Positions 1-9,800 of a stretch of 42,523 bases of DNA are shown here, piece after piece. This DNA is from a bacterium (GTDB taxonomy: Bacteria > SZUA-182 > DTGQ01 > JAFGSM01), in NCBI GenBank assembly GCA_049472315.1, contig JBLIRN010000026.1, positions 1 to 42,523 on the forward strand, given 5' to 3'. The notes below the pieces were generated by a model. That model did no database searches, was not told where the DNA came from, and worked only from the letters and a program-made list of their open reading frames with translations. Numbering within the stretch: the stretch's first letter is position 1; each line of letters starts with the position of its first letter. The position numbers and the translations under genes are program-made.

Positions 1-185
1 ATCACGCTTAAGCCCCTCCGGACAAGGATGTTGCTGCTCCCCTGCCCCTCCCCCTCCATGATTCGGATGCATGAAGAGGCAACATTTTTTGGCAAAATTC
101 CGAATAATGATGTGTAGAACCGGATCGTTCTGCACATTCTGCATAAGGATGCGCCATATTTCATACGGACGGCATCACCACAACC

Positions 186-2165
186 ATGAGAAGCATCAGT
201 GAATATAGACGGCATAAAGAAATCATCGTGGGTATAAGCGCTATCCTGGTCCTCCTTATATACTGGATTGCGCCCAACAAAACGGATTTCCTCAATCTCT
301 TCTATATACCCATACTCCTTGCAGGGTACCTTATGGGGAAGCGGTACTCGCTCCTGGGAGGGGTCGCCGCCGTGGTGGTGATCGGCATTCTCGCCCTTGT
401 CTCCGCCCAGTCCCCCTTCGCCGGGCAAAATGCAATCGAAATCGGCCTGCGTTTTTCCACCTGGGGTGGCTTCTTGATGCTTGCCGGTTTCGTCACCGGT
501 CATTTCAATGAGACACTGCATCACCAGACCATGCACATCCAGAACCTCAATGAGCGTATCCGGCTTTCCGGGGCAGAGCTGGAAACCTTGCACAAAACAC
601 GCGAGGATGAGAACAGGAATTTCGCGTACAAGACGGAACAGCTCCTGGAAAAAAACGTCATGGTGAGCCACCTGAAGGGCCGGCTGGAAAAAACGCTCTA
701 TTCGATCATGGATACCAATGTGGCTCAGTTGATCATCGAGAATCGATTAAACATCGAACGGTCGCGCATCAGCGTCTTCTTCGCCGATCTGGTTGAGTTC
801 AACGATTTTTCCGACACCTACCGCCCGGAGATCGTGATCAATGAACTGAACCGGATCTATGGGCAGATTGAGCCCGTTATCCACACATTCAAGGGGCACA
901 TCGATTCGTACCTCGCAGACAAGATCATATGCGAGTTTGGGGCACCGATCAATTACAAACTCCACGCCCTCCATTCGGTTGCGGCGGCCATCAAGGCACA
1001 GGAAGGGCTCAGGGAACTCGACCAGCCCTGGAATCTGAGGATCGGCATAGCCACAGGACAGGCGATTACCGCGCTGATCGGCCAGAAAAGGAACAGGTAT
1101 ACGGCCGTGGGAAATCTGGTCAACCGTGCCGGCAGGCTGCAGGAACTATGTCCTCCCAATGCCATCCTGGTTGATGAGGACACCCATCAAGCGGTCTCTT
1201 CATACGTGGATTCCAGGATGGTGAACTCCTTCGAGATAAAGAGGAATAACACCCGGCACACCCACATCAAAAGAAAAATCAATTCATTGATGCAAAAGAC
1301 CCGCAAAAAACCCCTGGATGCGGACCTCCTTTTCTCCATAGGAACGCTCTACCATGCCATTTATGATATGAGCAAGGCCAAGGAATTCCTTGGCAAGGCG
1401 CTGGAGCTCGATCCCGATAATTCCCGGATCAAGAATGCCTATAACGAGGCCGTCATGAAGCAGGATGGCCATGAAAACGTGCCGATGAGGGGAGGCAGTG
1501 AACGGATAACCGTCTACGAAATCATGAGACTCAAGAATCCGCTGGAGGATCGGAACAAGATCCCGAAAGACCTCTTTGATCGATTTAAACAGGTTGAATC
1601 AGTCATTGAAGATCTTGAAGATGCCATACTGCCGGTGGAGGTGATCGACGGGAGTGTTGGGGGATCGAAGGTGTCCGCCCTGCTTGCATTTGCGATCGCC
1701 ACCGAGCTCGATCTGCCTGAATCACGAAGAGAGAAGATCGCCATCGGCGCCTGTCTCCACGATATCGGAAAGGAAAAGATACCCCACTACCTGCTCAATC
1801 AGGAAGGGAACCTGAGCAGCACCGAATTCGAGGAGATCATGAAACATCCCCTGGAGGGAATAATGACCCTGCAGATCCGCGGATACGACGATGACACCAT
1901 CCTCAACATCGTGAAGTATCATCATGAGTTTTATAATGGCTGCGGATACCCCGAAGGGAAAAGAGGGGAAGAAATCCCGATCGAGGCACGAATCGTGTCG
2001 GTTACCGACGCCTATAACGCACTCACCTCCACCAGACCGTACAGGGAATCCTGGGAACCGGATGCGGCCCTGAAGGAAATCGAACGTTCCGCCCAGCAGG
2101 GCAAATATGACAAACGAATCGTCGATATCCTTCTCAGGCTCCTCCGTCAACCAAACCTCGTCTGA
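186..2165 (+). CDS. Membrane protein with class III (adenylate/guanylate) cyclase domain, TPR insert and C-terminal HD-GYP domain
   Basis: About 4 N-terminal TM helices and a coiled coil. Cyclase motifs SVFFADL, IDSYLAD..CEFGAP, LRIGIATG, YTAVGNLVNRAGRLQ. TPR ADLLFSIGTLY..AKEFLGKALELDP. HD-GYP motifs LHDIGK, HHEFYNGCGYP, ARIVSVTDAY..LTSTRPYR. Confidence 0.9.
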   Translation: MRSISEYRRHKEIIVGISAILVLLIYWIAPNKTDFLNLFYIPILLAGYLMGKRYSLLGGVAAVVVIGILALVSAQSPFAGQNAIEIGLRFSTWGGFLMLAGFVTGHFNETLHHQTMHIQNLNERIRLSGAELETLHKTREDENRNFAYKTEQLLEKNVMVSHLKGRLEKTLYSIMDTNVAQLIIENRLNIERSRISVFFADLVEFNDFSDTYRPEIVINELNRIYGQIEPVIHTFKGHIDSYLADKIICEFGAPINYKLHALHSVAAAIKAQEGLRELDQPWNLRIGIATGQAITALIGQKRNRYTAVGNLVNRAGRLQELCPPNAILVDEDTHQAVSSYVDSRMVNSFEIKRNNTRHTHIKRKINSLMQKTRKKPLDADLLFSIGTLYHAIYDMSKAKEFLGKALELDPDNSRIKNAYNEAVMKQDGHENVPMRGGSERITVYEIMRLKNPLEDRNKIPKDLFDRFKQVESVIEDLEDAILPVEVIDGSVGGSKVSALLAFAIATELDLPESRREKIAIGACLHDIGKEKIPHYLLNQEGNLSSTEFEEIMKHPLEGIMTLQIRGYDDDTILNIVKYHHEFYNGCGYPEGKRGEEIPIEARIVSVTDAYNALTSTRPYRESWEPDAALKEIERSAQQGKYDKRIVDILLRLLRQPNLV

Positions 2166-2561
2166 GCGGCGCGAAGCGCAGCCACTATATACCCTGGCTT
2201 CTCTTGAAAAGCTGGAATCCTTGCTTTATTATCGAGCGATCATGCTCAAGGGTCCGCCATCGCATCGAAGGCGCGGAGGCCTCGATAACATCAAATATAT
2301 CATTGAATTAATTCTAAAAACCATTGCTTTACCAATCGATTGTCGATAAAATAGTATAGTGAAGTCGTATGTACAAAAAGGGTTTTGGCCAACAACCCCA
2401 TTACGGAATCGGAAAAGGATTCTCGGACTATTGGCATCGGCAATCACTTATACGGACACCTTACTGCCGGATATTCATCAATCTTTGGGGGATCCCTTTT
2501 TCATCAAAACCCTACATAGACGCGCATGACATGACATTACCAATGTATTGAGAGCGGGATT

Positions 2562-4877
2562 ATGCCCATCTTGTTTGGCGCAAAGGAAAAGGATAAAGAT
2601 CTCAAGGCATTAGAGAGCGAGCTCGCATACAAGGAGCGGCTCCTCAACATCACCAATGCCATCCACGCCGCCAAGGACATCGAGGAGATATTCCTCAAGC
2701 TGCAGGGACAAATCCTGGAGCTGTTCGATGCCGAACGGATCACCATCTATGCCGTCGATTCCAAGCAGAACGAACTCTTTTCCAAATACAAGGTGGGTGA
2801 CGGCATCGGTGAGATCAGGGTCAAGATGGACAAGAAGAGCATCTCCGGATTTGCCGCCTGTTCGAAAACCTATGTCAACATCACCGACGCCTACGACAAG
2901 GAAGAGCTGCGAAAGATCGATCCCGAGCTCGGGTTCAATCAGAAGTATGATATTCAAAGCGGATACCGGACCAGACAGGTGCTGGCATGCGCGATCATGT
3001 TCCAGGGCAATATGCTGGGCGTGGTCCAGCTCATCAATAAAAAGAGCGGGGGCAAATTCAGCCTCTACGAAATATCGTCCATCAAGGAGATTGCCAAAAC
3101 CCTGGGCATTGCATTCCACAACCAGACATCACGCCAAAAAAAGGTCAGCACCAAATTCGGCTACCTCGTTGAAAAGAATCTGATCACCGAGAACGAGCTG
3201 AACACCATCATCGTGAAATCCAGGAAGTCCAAGGAGAATATCGTCGGCATATTGAAAAGGGAGTTCAAGATCGACAAGAAGGACATCCTGGACTCCCTGG
3301 CGAAATTTTACAGCATCCCCTTTATGGATTACGACCCCAAGATCCTGATCGACCGATCACTCCTCACCGGCCTCAGCCCCAACTATCTGGTCAAAAACCA
3401 GTGGACTCCCTTCAAAAGATCGGATGACGGCATCATAGAGGTCATGGTGGACGATCCCCATGACGTACATAAGATCGATGAGATAAAGCGATACCTGGGA
3501 TCGAGCAAGATCCGCCTGGTCGGCGCCCTCCCCGAGGATATCCTCAAGTTTCTTCAGTCGGTCACATCGAGCGACGGGAGGCCCGCCGTCAAACTCGATG
3601 ACCTCGTGTCGGAGCTCGATATGGATATCGAGGAAGCAACAGAAACCGACGAGGTCGAGGAGGGGATCGACGAATCGGATAACACCATCATCAAGCTGGC
3701 CAACCAAATCATACGTGATGCCTATACCATGGGTGCCTCGGATATCCACGTCGAGCCCTACCAGGGGAAGCAGTCGACCATCGTCCGCTACCGGATTGAC
3801 GGCGAGTGTCGAAAGGCCCTGGAGATACCGGCAAACTATCGAAGGGCCCTGGCCTCCAGGCTCAAGATCATGGCCAGGCTGGATATCGCGGAACGCCGCC
3901 TCCCCCAGAGCGGCAAGATCAAGTTTCACTATTCCCAGAAAAACATCGAGCTGCGTGTCGAGGTCACCCCGACGGTGGGCGGGAATGAGGACATCGTGCT
4001 CAGGATCCTGGCGGCGAGCGAGCCTATGCCGTTGAACAAGATGAATCTGAGCGAATATAATCTCAAGCATCTGATGGACATCATCAGCAAACCCTATGGT
4101 CTTGTCCTGGTAGTGGGACCCACCGGATCAGGAAAGACCACCACCCTGCACTCCGCCCTGGGTCACATCAACCGCCCTGAAAGAAAGATATGGACCGCCG
4201 AGGACCCCGTGGAAATCACCCAATACGGACTGCGACAGGTCCAGGTGCACACCACCATCGGGCTGACCTTTGCCAACTGCATGCGCTCGTTTCTCAGGGC
4301 CGATCCGGATATAATCATGGTCGGTGAAATGAGGGACAAGGAGACCGCCTCTATCGGCATCGAGGCGTCCCTCACCGGTCACCTCGTGTTCAGCACCCTC
4401 CATACCAACAGCGCACCGGAGACCATTGTCCGTTTGCTCGACATGGGCATGGATGCCTTCAATTTCGCAAACGCCCTGCTGGGTATCCTGGCCCAGCGTC
4501 TGGTAAAGACCCTCTGTTCGGAGTGCAAGGAAAAGTATCACCCCACCAAGGAGATATACGACGAGCTGGTCCACGAATACGGGGAGGAATGGTTTGACAA
4601 GAAGCTGGGGGTCAAATACACCGACGATCTGTACCTGTATAAGCCGAAGGGATGTCCGAAATGCGGGAACACCGGCTACAAAGGCCGGACAGGCATCCAC
4701 GAGCTCCTCTACGGCAGTGATACGATCAAACAGCTCATCGTGGACGGGACGAGCATCGACGTGATCAGGGATAAGTCCATCGAAGAGGGGATGACCACCC
4801 TGAAGCAGGACGGCATTATGAAGGTATTCAAGGGTGACACCGACCTCCTGCAGGTGCGCAAGGTCTGCATCAAGTAA
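2562..4877 (+). CDS. GspE/PilB-family secretion/pilus ATPase with N-terminal GAF domain
   Basis: ASDIHVEP, RYRIDG, Walker A GPTGSGKTTT, EDPVE, RADPDIIMVGEMRD, GHLVFSTLHTN, Zn motif CSEC...CPKC. GAF motifs FNQKYDIQSGYRTRQVL and GVVQLINK. Confidence 0.93.
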   Translation: MPILFGAKEKDKDLKALESELAYKERLLNITNAIHAAKDIEEIFLKLQGQILELFDAERITIYAVDSKQNELFSKYKVGDGIGEIRVKMDKKSISGFAACSKTYVNITDAYDKEELRKIDPELGFNQKYDIQSGYRTRQVLACAIMFQGNMLGVVQLINKKSGGKFSLYEISSIKEIAKTLGIAFHNQTSRQKKVSTKFGYLVEKNLITENELNTIIVKSRKSKENIVGILKREFKIDKKDILDSLAKFYSIPFMDYDPKILIDRSLLTGLSPNYLVKNQWTPFKRSDDGIIEVMVDDPHDVHKIDEIKRYLGSSKIRLVGALPEDILKFLQSVTSSDGRPAVKLDDLVSELDMDIEEATETDEVEEGIDESDNTIIKLANQIIRDAYTMGASDIHVEPYQGKQSTIVRYRIDGECRKALEIPANYRRALASRLKIMARLDIAERRLPQSGKIKFHYSQKNIELRVEVTPTVGGNEDIVLRILAASEPMPLNKMNLSEYNLKHLMDIISKPYGLVLVVGPTGSGKTTTLHSALGHINRPERKIWTAEDPVEITQYGLRQVQVHTTIGLTFANCMRSFLRADPDIIMVGEMRDKETASIGIEASLTGHLVFSTLHTNSAPETIVRLLDMGMDAFNFANALLGILAQRLVKTLCSECKEKYHPTKEIYDELVHEYGEEWFDKKLGVKYTDDLYLYKPKGCPKCGNTGYKGRTGIHELLYGSDTIKQLIVDGTSIDVIRDKSIEEGMTTLKQDGIMKVFKGDTDLLQVRKVCIK

Positions 4878-4928
4878 CCACCCTTCTTTCGTAGCCGCTC
4901 AATACATTATGGGAAAGAAGCAATTGCT

Positions 4929-5891
4929 TTACTTCATTCCCTCAACGTCAATGATATTCAGATCCAGGGGCTCCCGGCCCGTTGCATCCTGAACGAGGAT
5001 CTTCTGTATCCGCGCCATGACACGTTCCATTGTCTCCAGGTAGAGGCGGGTAGCGGTAACCTTTCCCTTTTTATTGAATTCTTCCGCCATTTTCCGAAAC
5101 CGCTCGGCATCACCCTTGGCCTGGTTGATCCTTTCCAGTTTGTATGTCTCTGCCAGATGAAAGAGCTCCGCCGCCTTGCCCCGCGCCTTGGGGAGGTTGT
5201 CATAGCGGTACCCTTCGGCCTCATTGATGAGACGGTCCCTGTCCTGACGGGCCGTCACCACATCCTTGAAGGCATCGGCAACCTCAAGGGGCGGTGACAC
5301 CATTTGCAGGTTCACCGAGGTAAGCTGAATCCATTTCTTATCCCCCACAATCCTGTCCAGATCCCTCTGGGTCTGCTGGAGCACCTTTGACTGGATGAGC
5401 ACCTTCCCCTCCCCTTTCAGGATCTCATCCACCTCCATGTGCGATAATGCGCGGGTAAGGTTGTTCTTTGCAAAGGAACGAATGAGGGCCTGAGGATTGT
5501 CGACCCTCAGAAGGTATTCTATCGGGCTGATAATGAAATACTGGAGCACCATTTCGAGATTGAGGATATTCTCGTCGCCGCTTATGAATTCCCCCTGGAG
5601 GGGATTTGATCTCCTGCCCACCACCTGATCGGAGAATTCGAATCCCACGGAAACCCTCTTTCGCTCCTGAAGCCTGATCCTGTCCACCCGGGTGAAGGGA
5701 TACGGGAGGGTATAGTGGAGCCCGGGCCCGATATGATCGCTGACCACGCGACCGAAAAGGCGCAGAACCCCCGTCTCGAAGGGTCTGATCCGGTAAAGTC
5801 CGGAAAGCAGATAGAGGCCGAGCGCCAGGAGGAGGAGATATTTCCCCCACGCGACCAGGTGCCCGTAAAGGCCTCGTGTCGTTTTCGTCAT
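4929..5891 (-). CDS. hflK: HflK-family SPFH protein (FtsH modulator-like)
   Basis: N-terminal TM, PGLHYTLPYP, SGDENIL, PPLEVADAFKDV..A, INEAEGY...LPKARG.A, A.GDAERF, TRLYLETME. Confidence 0.9.
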   Translation of the reverse strand: MTKTTRGLYGHLVAWGKYLLLLALGLYLLSGLYRIRPFETGVLRLFGRVVSDHIGPGLHYTLPYPFTRVDRIRLQERKRVSVGFEFSDQVVGRRSNPLQGEFISGDENILNLEMVLQYFIISPIEYLLRVDNPQALIRSFAKNNLTRALSHMEVDEILKGEGKVLIQSKVLQQTQRDLDRIVGDKKWIQLTSVNLQMVSPPLEVADAFKDVVTARQDRDRLINEAEGYRYDNLPKARGKAAELFHLAETYKLERINQAKGDAERFRKMAEEFNKKGKVTATRLYLETMERVMARIQKILVQDATGREPLDLNIIDVEGMK

Positions 5892-5915
5892 GCGAGTTAT
5901 ACTCCCTCAGAAGAA

Positions 5916-6821
5916 TCAGCGAGCGGTGTCGGAAAAGATCGCCCGTTCACCCTCGGTCATCAATCTCAAAAGTTCGGAGTCTGAAGAGAGCACCACCGTG
6001 GTCTTCTCGTCCAGGAATTTCTGGTATGCCTCCAAGGTGCGGAGCAATTTGTAAAATCCCGGGTTCCGGCTGTACGCCTCCCCGAAGATCCGAATCGATT
6101 CGGCGTCCCCCTCACCCTTTATGATCTGGGCCTCCCGATAGGCCTCGGACAGGAGGGTCTTCACCTCCCGGTCGGTCGCTGCCCTGATCTTCAACGCCTC
6201 CTCCTCCCCTTCCGCCCGATACATCTTGGCAATACGCTGTCGTTCCGCGCGCATCCGGTCGAACACACTCTGTTTGTTCTGCTGCGGCAGAAGGAGTTGT
6301 TTCAACTGAACGTCCTTTATGGCGATGCTGAAATCCCTTTCCGCCCGTCTTCGGCAGTTTTCGGTCACGGTCGCCATGAGCTGACCGATCCTGCCCTGCT
6401 CGGGATCCGTCACGATCAGGCTGGAAAGATCGTATTTGCCGAGGGCGGCGGAGACCTCCGAATAGATGATATCGTACAGCCGCCTCTTCGCCCCCTCGAT
6501 ATCCCCGGCAGTCTGGTAGAAGACGAGCGGATCGATAATCTTCCAGCAGGCAAAACAATCCACCACCACATTCTTTTTGTCCATGGTGAGAAACTCTGAC
6601 GGCGTGGGATCATAGATCAGGAGCCTCTTATCGAAACGGGTGGTGCTGTGCAGGAACGTCTTGACATGGAGGCCGGGTTGGCTCACGGTTCGCACCGGCT
6701 TGCCAAAAAGGGTGACGATGACAAACTCCGTCTCATCGCAGATAAAAAGGCAGAACAATCCCAGTATCAGGATAATGATGACCGCAAGGATCTTGAACAT
6801 TGTGCTCTTTTTGTGCGCCAT
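5916..6821 (-). CDS. hflC: HflC-family SPFH protein
   Basis: N-terminal TM, LFGKPV..PGLH, FDKRL, LTMDKKNVVVD, VFDRMRAERQRIA..YRAEGEEEA, GEGDAE, FYKLLRTLEAY. Confidence 0.93.
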   Translation of the reverse strand: MAHKKSTMFKILAVIIILILGLFCLFICDETEFVIVTLFGKPVRTVSQPGLHVKTFLHSTTRFDKRLLIYDPTPSEFLTMDKKNVVVDCFACWKIIDPLVFYQTAGDIEGAKRRLYDIIYSEVSAALGKYDLSSLIVTDPEQGRIGQLMATVTENCRRRAERDFSIAIKDVQLKQLLLPQQNKQSVFDRMRAERQRIAKMYRAEGEEEALKIRAATDREVKTLLSEAYREAQIIKGEGDAESIRIFGEAYSRNPGFYKLLRTLEAYQKFLDEKTTVVLSSDSELLRLMTEGERAIFSDTAR

Positions 6822-6826
6822 TGTGC

Positions 6827-9800
6827 CTATTGATTCCCTCCTCCCATGCCGCCTCCGCGTGGAGCAGTGCCGGTGTTGTTTCTCAATCCCGTAGAGAGCG
6901 TATTCAAAAACTCGGTGAATTCCTTTGGGCTGACAATGGTCAGTTCACTCCCTCCGGTTCTGTTTTTATCCAACACGAATTTCTTTACCCCGGCAAGGCC
7001 GGATTCCATTGTTTCCAGGTACAGCCGTTCCTTTGTAACGGAGGGGTATCGTTCGAATTCCCCAGCCGAAGAGAGAAACCGTTTTCCATCCCCAATGGAC
7101 TTGTCAACCAGCTCCTTTCGGTACGCCCGGGCGTCCTCCATCGACGTGAAGGCGTTACCTCGGGCCAGGGGCAGTTGTTCCCTGGAATATGCCTCCGCAA
7201 GATTGATCAATCGATTCTTTTCCTCGTTGGCATTCACCACATCCCGGAATGCATCGGCAACCTCTATGGGGGGATGAACCGACTGGAGATAGATCCCCTT
7301 CACCTCGATCCCGGCCCCATAGTCATCAAGTACCGTCTGGAGTCCCTCCATTGCCTCCTTTTCGATGGCGTTTCGTTCGGTGGTCAGGATGTTGTCGATG
7401 CCCTTCTTGGCAATGATCCGTATGATGGTCGACTTGGAGGTGAAACGGATGATGGAATCGGCATCCTCCCTGCCCCGAATCCTGAAAAGGTAGAGGGCGG
7501 GATCCCTGATGATATAGTGCACCACCATGTCAAGCTCGATGAAGTTCTCATCCCCGGTAAAGGTCTGGGACTCATCGGGATTGTCCTTATAGGCCCCCGT
7601 GCGGTGCTGTATATCCCACTCATAGGCCACCAGCGGCTGAAAGATACGATTGGGATCTGCCTGGGCCTCCCGTACACTTCGGCTGCGGAACCCGATCTCC
7701 ACCCGATCCACACTCCGGGGAAGCTTCGTCACCCTCCCTATGGGCCACGGGGGAATATAGTGGAGCCCGGGGGATACGGTACGGGCACGTCTCTTGCCGA
7801 AGATCTGAACGACCCCCAGTTGATTGGGGCTGACGATAAAAAGTCCGCTCCACACGTATATCAGGACACCGAGGATAACGACGGATCTCAGCAGGCCGGT
7901 ACTGTGTTCCCCGATCCAGTCTCCCCCCTTTCCCCACACCTCCCGGGAGAGATACCGCAGGAATGAAACAACATTCTCCCGCATCTCCTGCCTGATCCGA
8001 TGACTGGCCAGGAGCCGCAAGGAATTCCCCACCACCAGCAGGGAGCTTATCTGATGGATGACCGCGGCCCATACCGGCGTGATGAACGTAAAGAAAGAGG
8101 CGGCGACCACTGCCAGAAGATTGAAGACCACCGCAAAAAAGAGGATATTCTGTTTGATGACCCGAATGGTTCTCTTGCCTATGAGCACGGTTTCGCGCAG
8201 CTTCCCCAGGTCGTCGGCCATGAGGATGACGTCCGCCGCTTCAATGGCGATGTCCGTGCCTATGCCCCCCATGGCGATTCCTACGTCCGCCATTGCAAGG
8301 GAGGGGGCATCGTTGATCCCGTCACCGACCATCCCCACCTTTCGGCCCTCGGACTGGAGCCTGCGTATATGCTCGGCCTTCTGGTCGGGAAGGAGGCCGG
8401 CCTGCACCTCCCGTATTCCCACCCTCTCGGCGATGACATGGGCGACACGCGGGGTGTCACCCGTCAGCATGTGAATGTTCTTCACACCCAGCCCTGTCAA
8501 GGAGCCTATGGCCTCTTCCGCATCGGGGCGCACACTGTCCTCTATGCTGACAATCCCCGCCAGTTTTCGATTATCCGCAACCAGGATGGGGGTCTGGCCC
8601 GATGCATCGATCCGCTCGAGTTCCTCGATTTGATCCACGCTCAAGGTAATCCCATGCTCCTCGACCATCTTCCGGTTGCCGACCACGACCTTGTTCCGGC
8701 CGAGGCCGACCACGACCCCCCTGCCCGGTATCACCTGGGCGGTATCCGCCCTTTTGACCTCTATGCCCTCCTCCTTGGCCTTCTCCACAATCAACCGGGC
8801 CAGGAGATGCTCCGAACAACTCTCCGCAGATGCAGCCAGGGCCAGGACACCCTTTCTGTCGTACCCACCCTGGGGCTTGATATCGATGATCCTCGGCCGT
8901 CCCTGGGTGACGGTGCCGGTCTTGTCCAGCACCAGGGTATCGATCCTGCCCACGGCCTCCAGATACATCCCCCCCTTCACCAGGATGCCCTCCTTGGCGA
9001 GACGGCCGATACCGGCCACCACCGCCGTGGGGGTGGCAAGCACCAGCGCACAGGGGCAGGCGATGATAAGGACGGAAACCGCGCGAATCCAATCGCGGCT
9101 GAACAGAAGGGTAAGGGCTGCGAGGATCAGGATGGTGGGCACGAAATAGACGGCATACCGGTCGGCGGTCTTCTGAAAGGGGGCCTTCTTCTCCTGGGCA
9201 TCCTCCACCAGATGGATGATCCTCGCAAGGAGGGTATCCTCGCCGACCTTCTCGCTCCTGATCTCCATGATGCCGTGCTGATTGATGGTGCCGCTGTAAA
9301 CCTCCGAGCCCACCTGTTTTTCCACCGGGATCGATTCCCCGCTGATCGGGCCCTGGTCAACGAAGGATGAACCATGAATCACCACGCCGTCGACGGGGAT
9401 CCTTTCCCCGGGCTTGCAGATGACGGTTTCTCCCACCCTGATCGCCTCCAGGGGCAGTTCCAACTCGATCCCGTCCCTTCTCACCCGCGCCCTCTTGGGG
9501 GCCAACGCGACCAGGTTCTTGATGGCCGATCTGGTCTTGTCCACCGCGTACATCTCCAGGGCCTCGCCGATGAGCATGATGAAGATGACCTCTGCAGCCG
9601 CAAGATACTGCCGTATGGCCAGGGCCCCGATGGCGGCAATGCCGATCGCCAGGTCCACCGAGATCCTCTTCTCGAACAATTCGCTCACTGCGTGGTAAAA
9701 GATCTTGTAGCCGCCGATGAGGGTGAGAAAGATGGCGGTGTTCACCCCGAAAAGGGTGCGGAAGATACCAAAAAGGTTCAGGAGCAGAAATATCCCGATA

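Noticed and set aside
186..2165. Pycsar-type anti-phage system
   Set aside because: No adjacent cNMP-binding TM or TIR effector; the architecture is that of a sensory signalling protein.
6800..9370. Long antisense ORFs (6800-7966, 8000-9370; likewise 16552-17859, 20445-21908, 36573-37829)
   Set aside because: Shadow ORFs opposite well-supported genes in GC-rich DNA, with no recognisable motifs.
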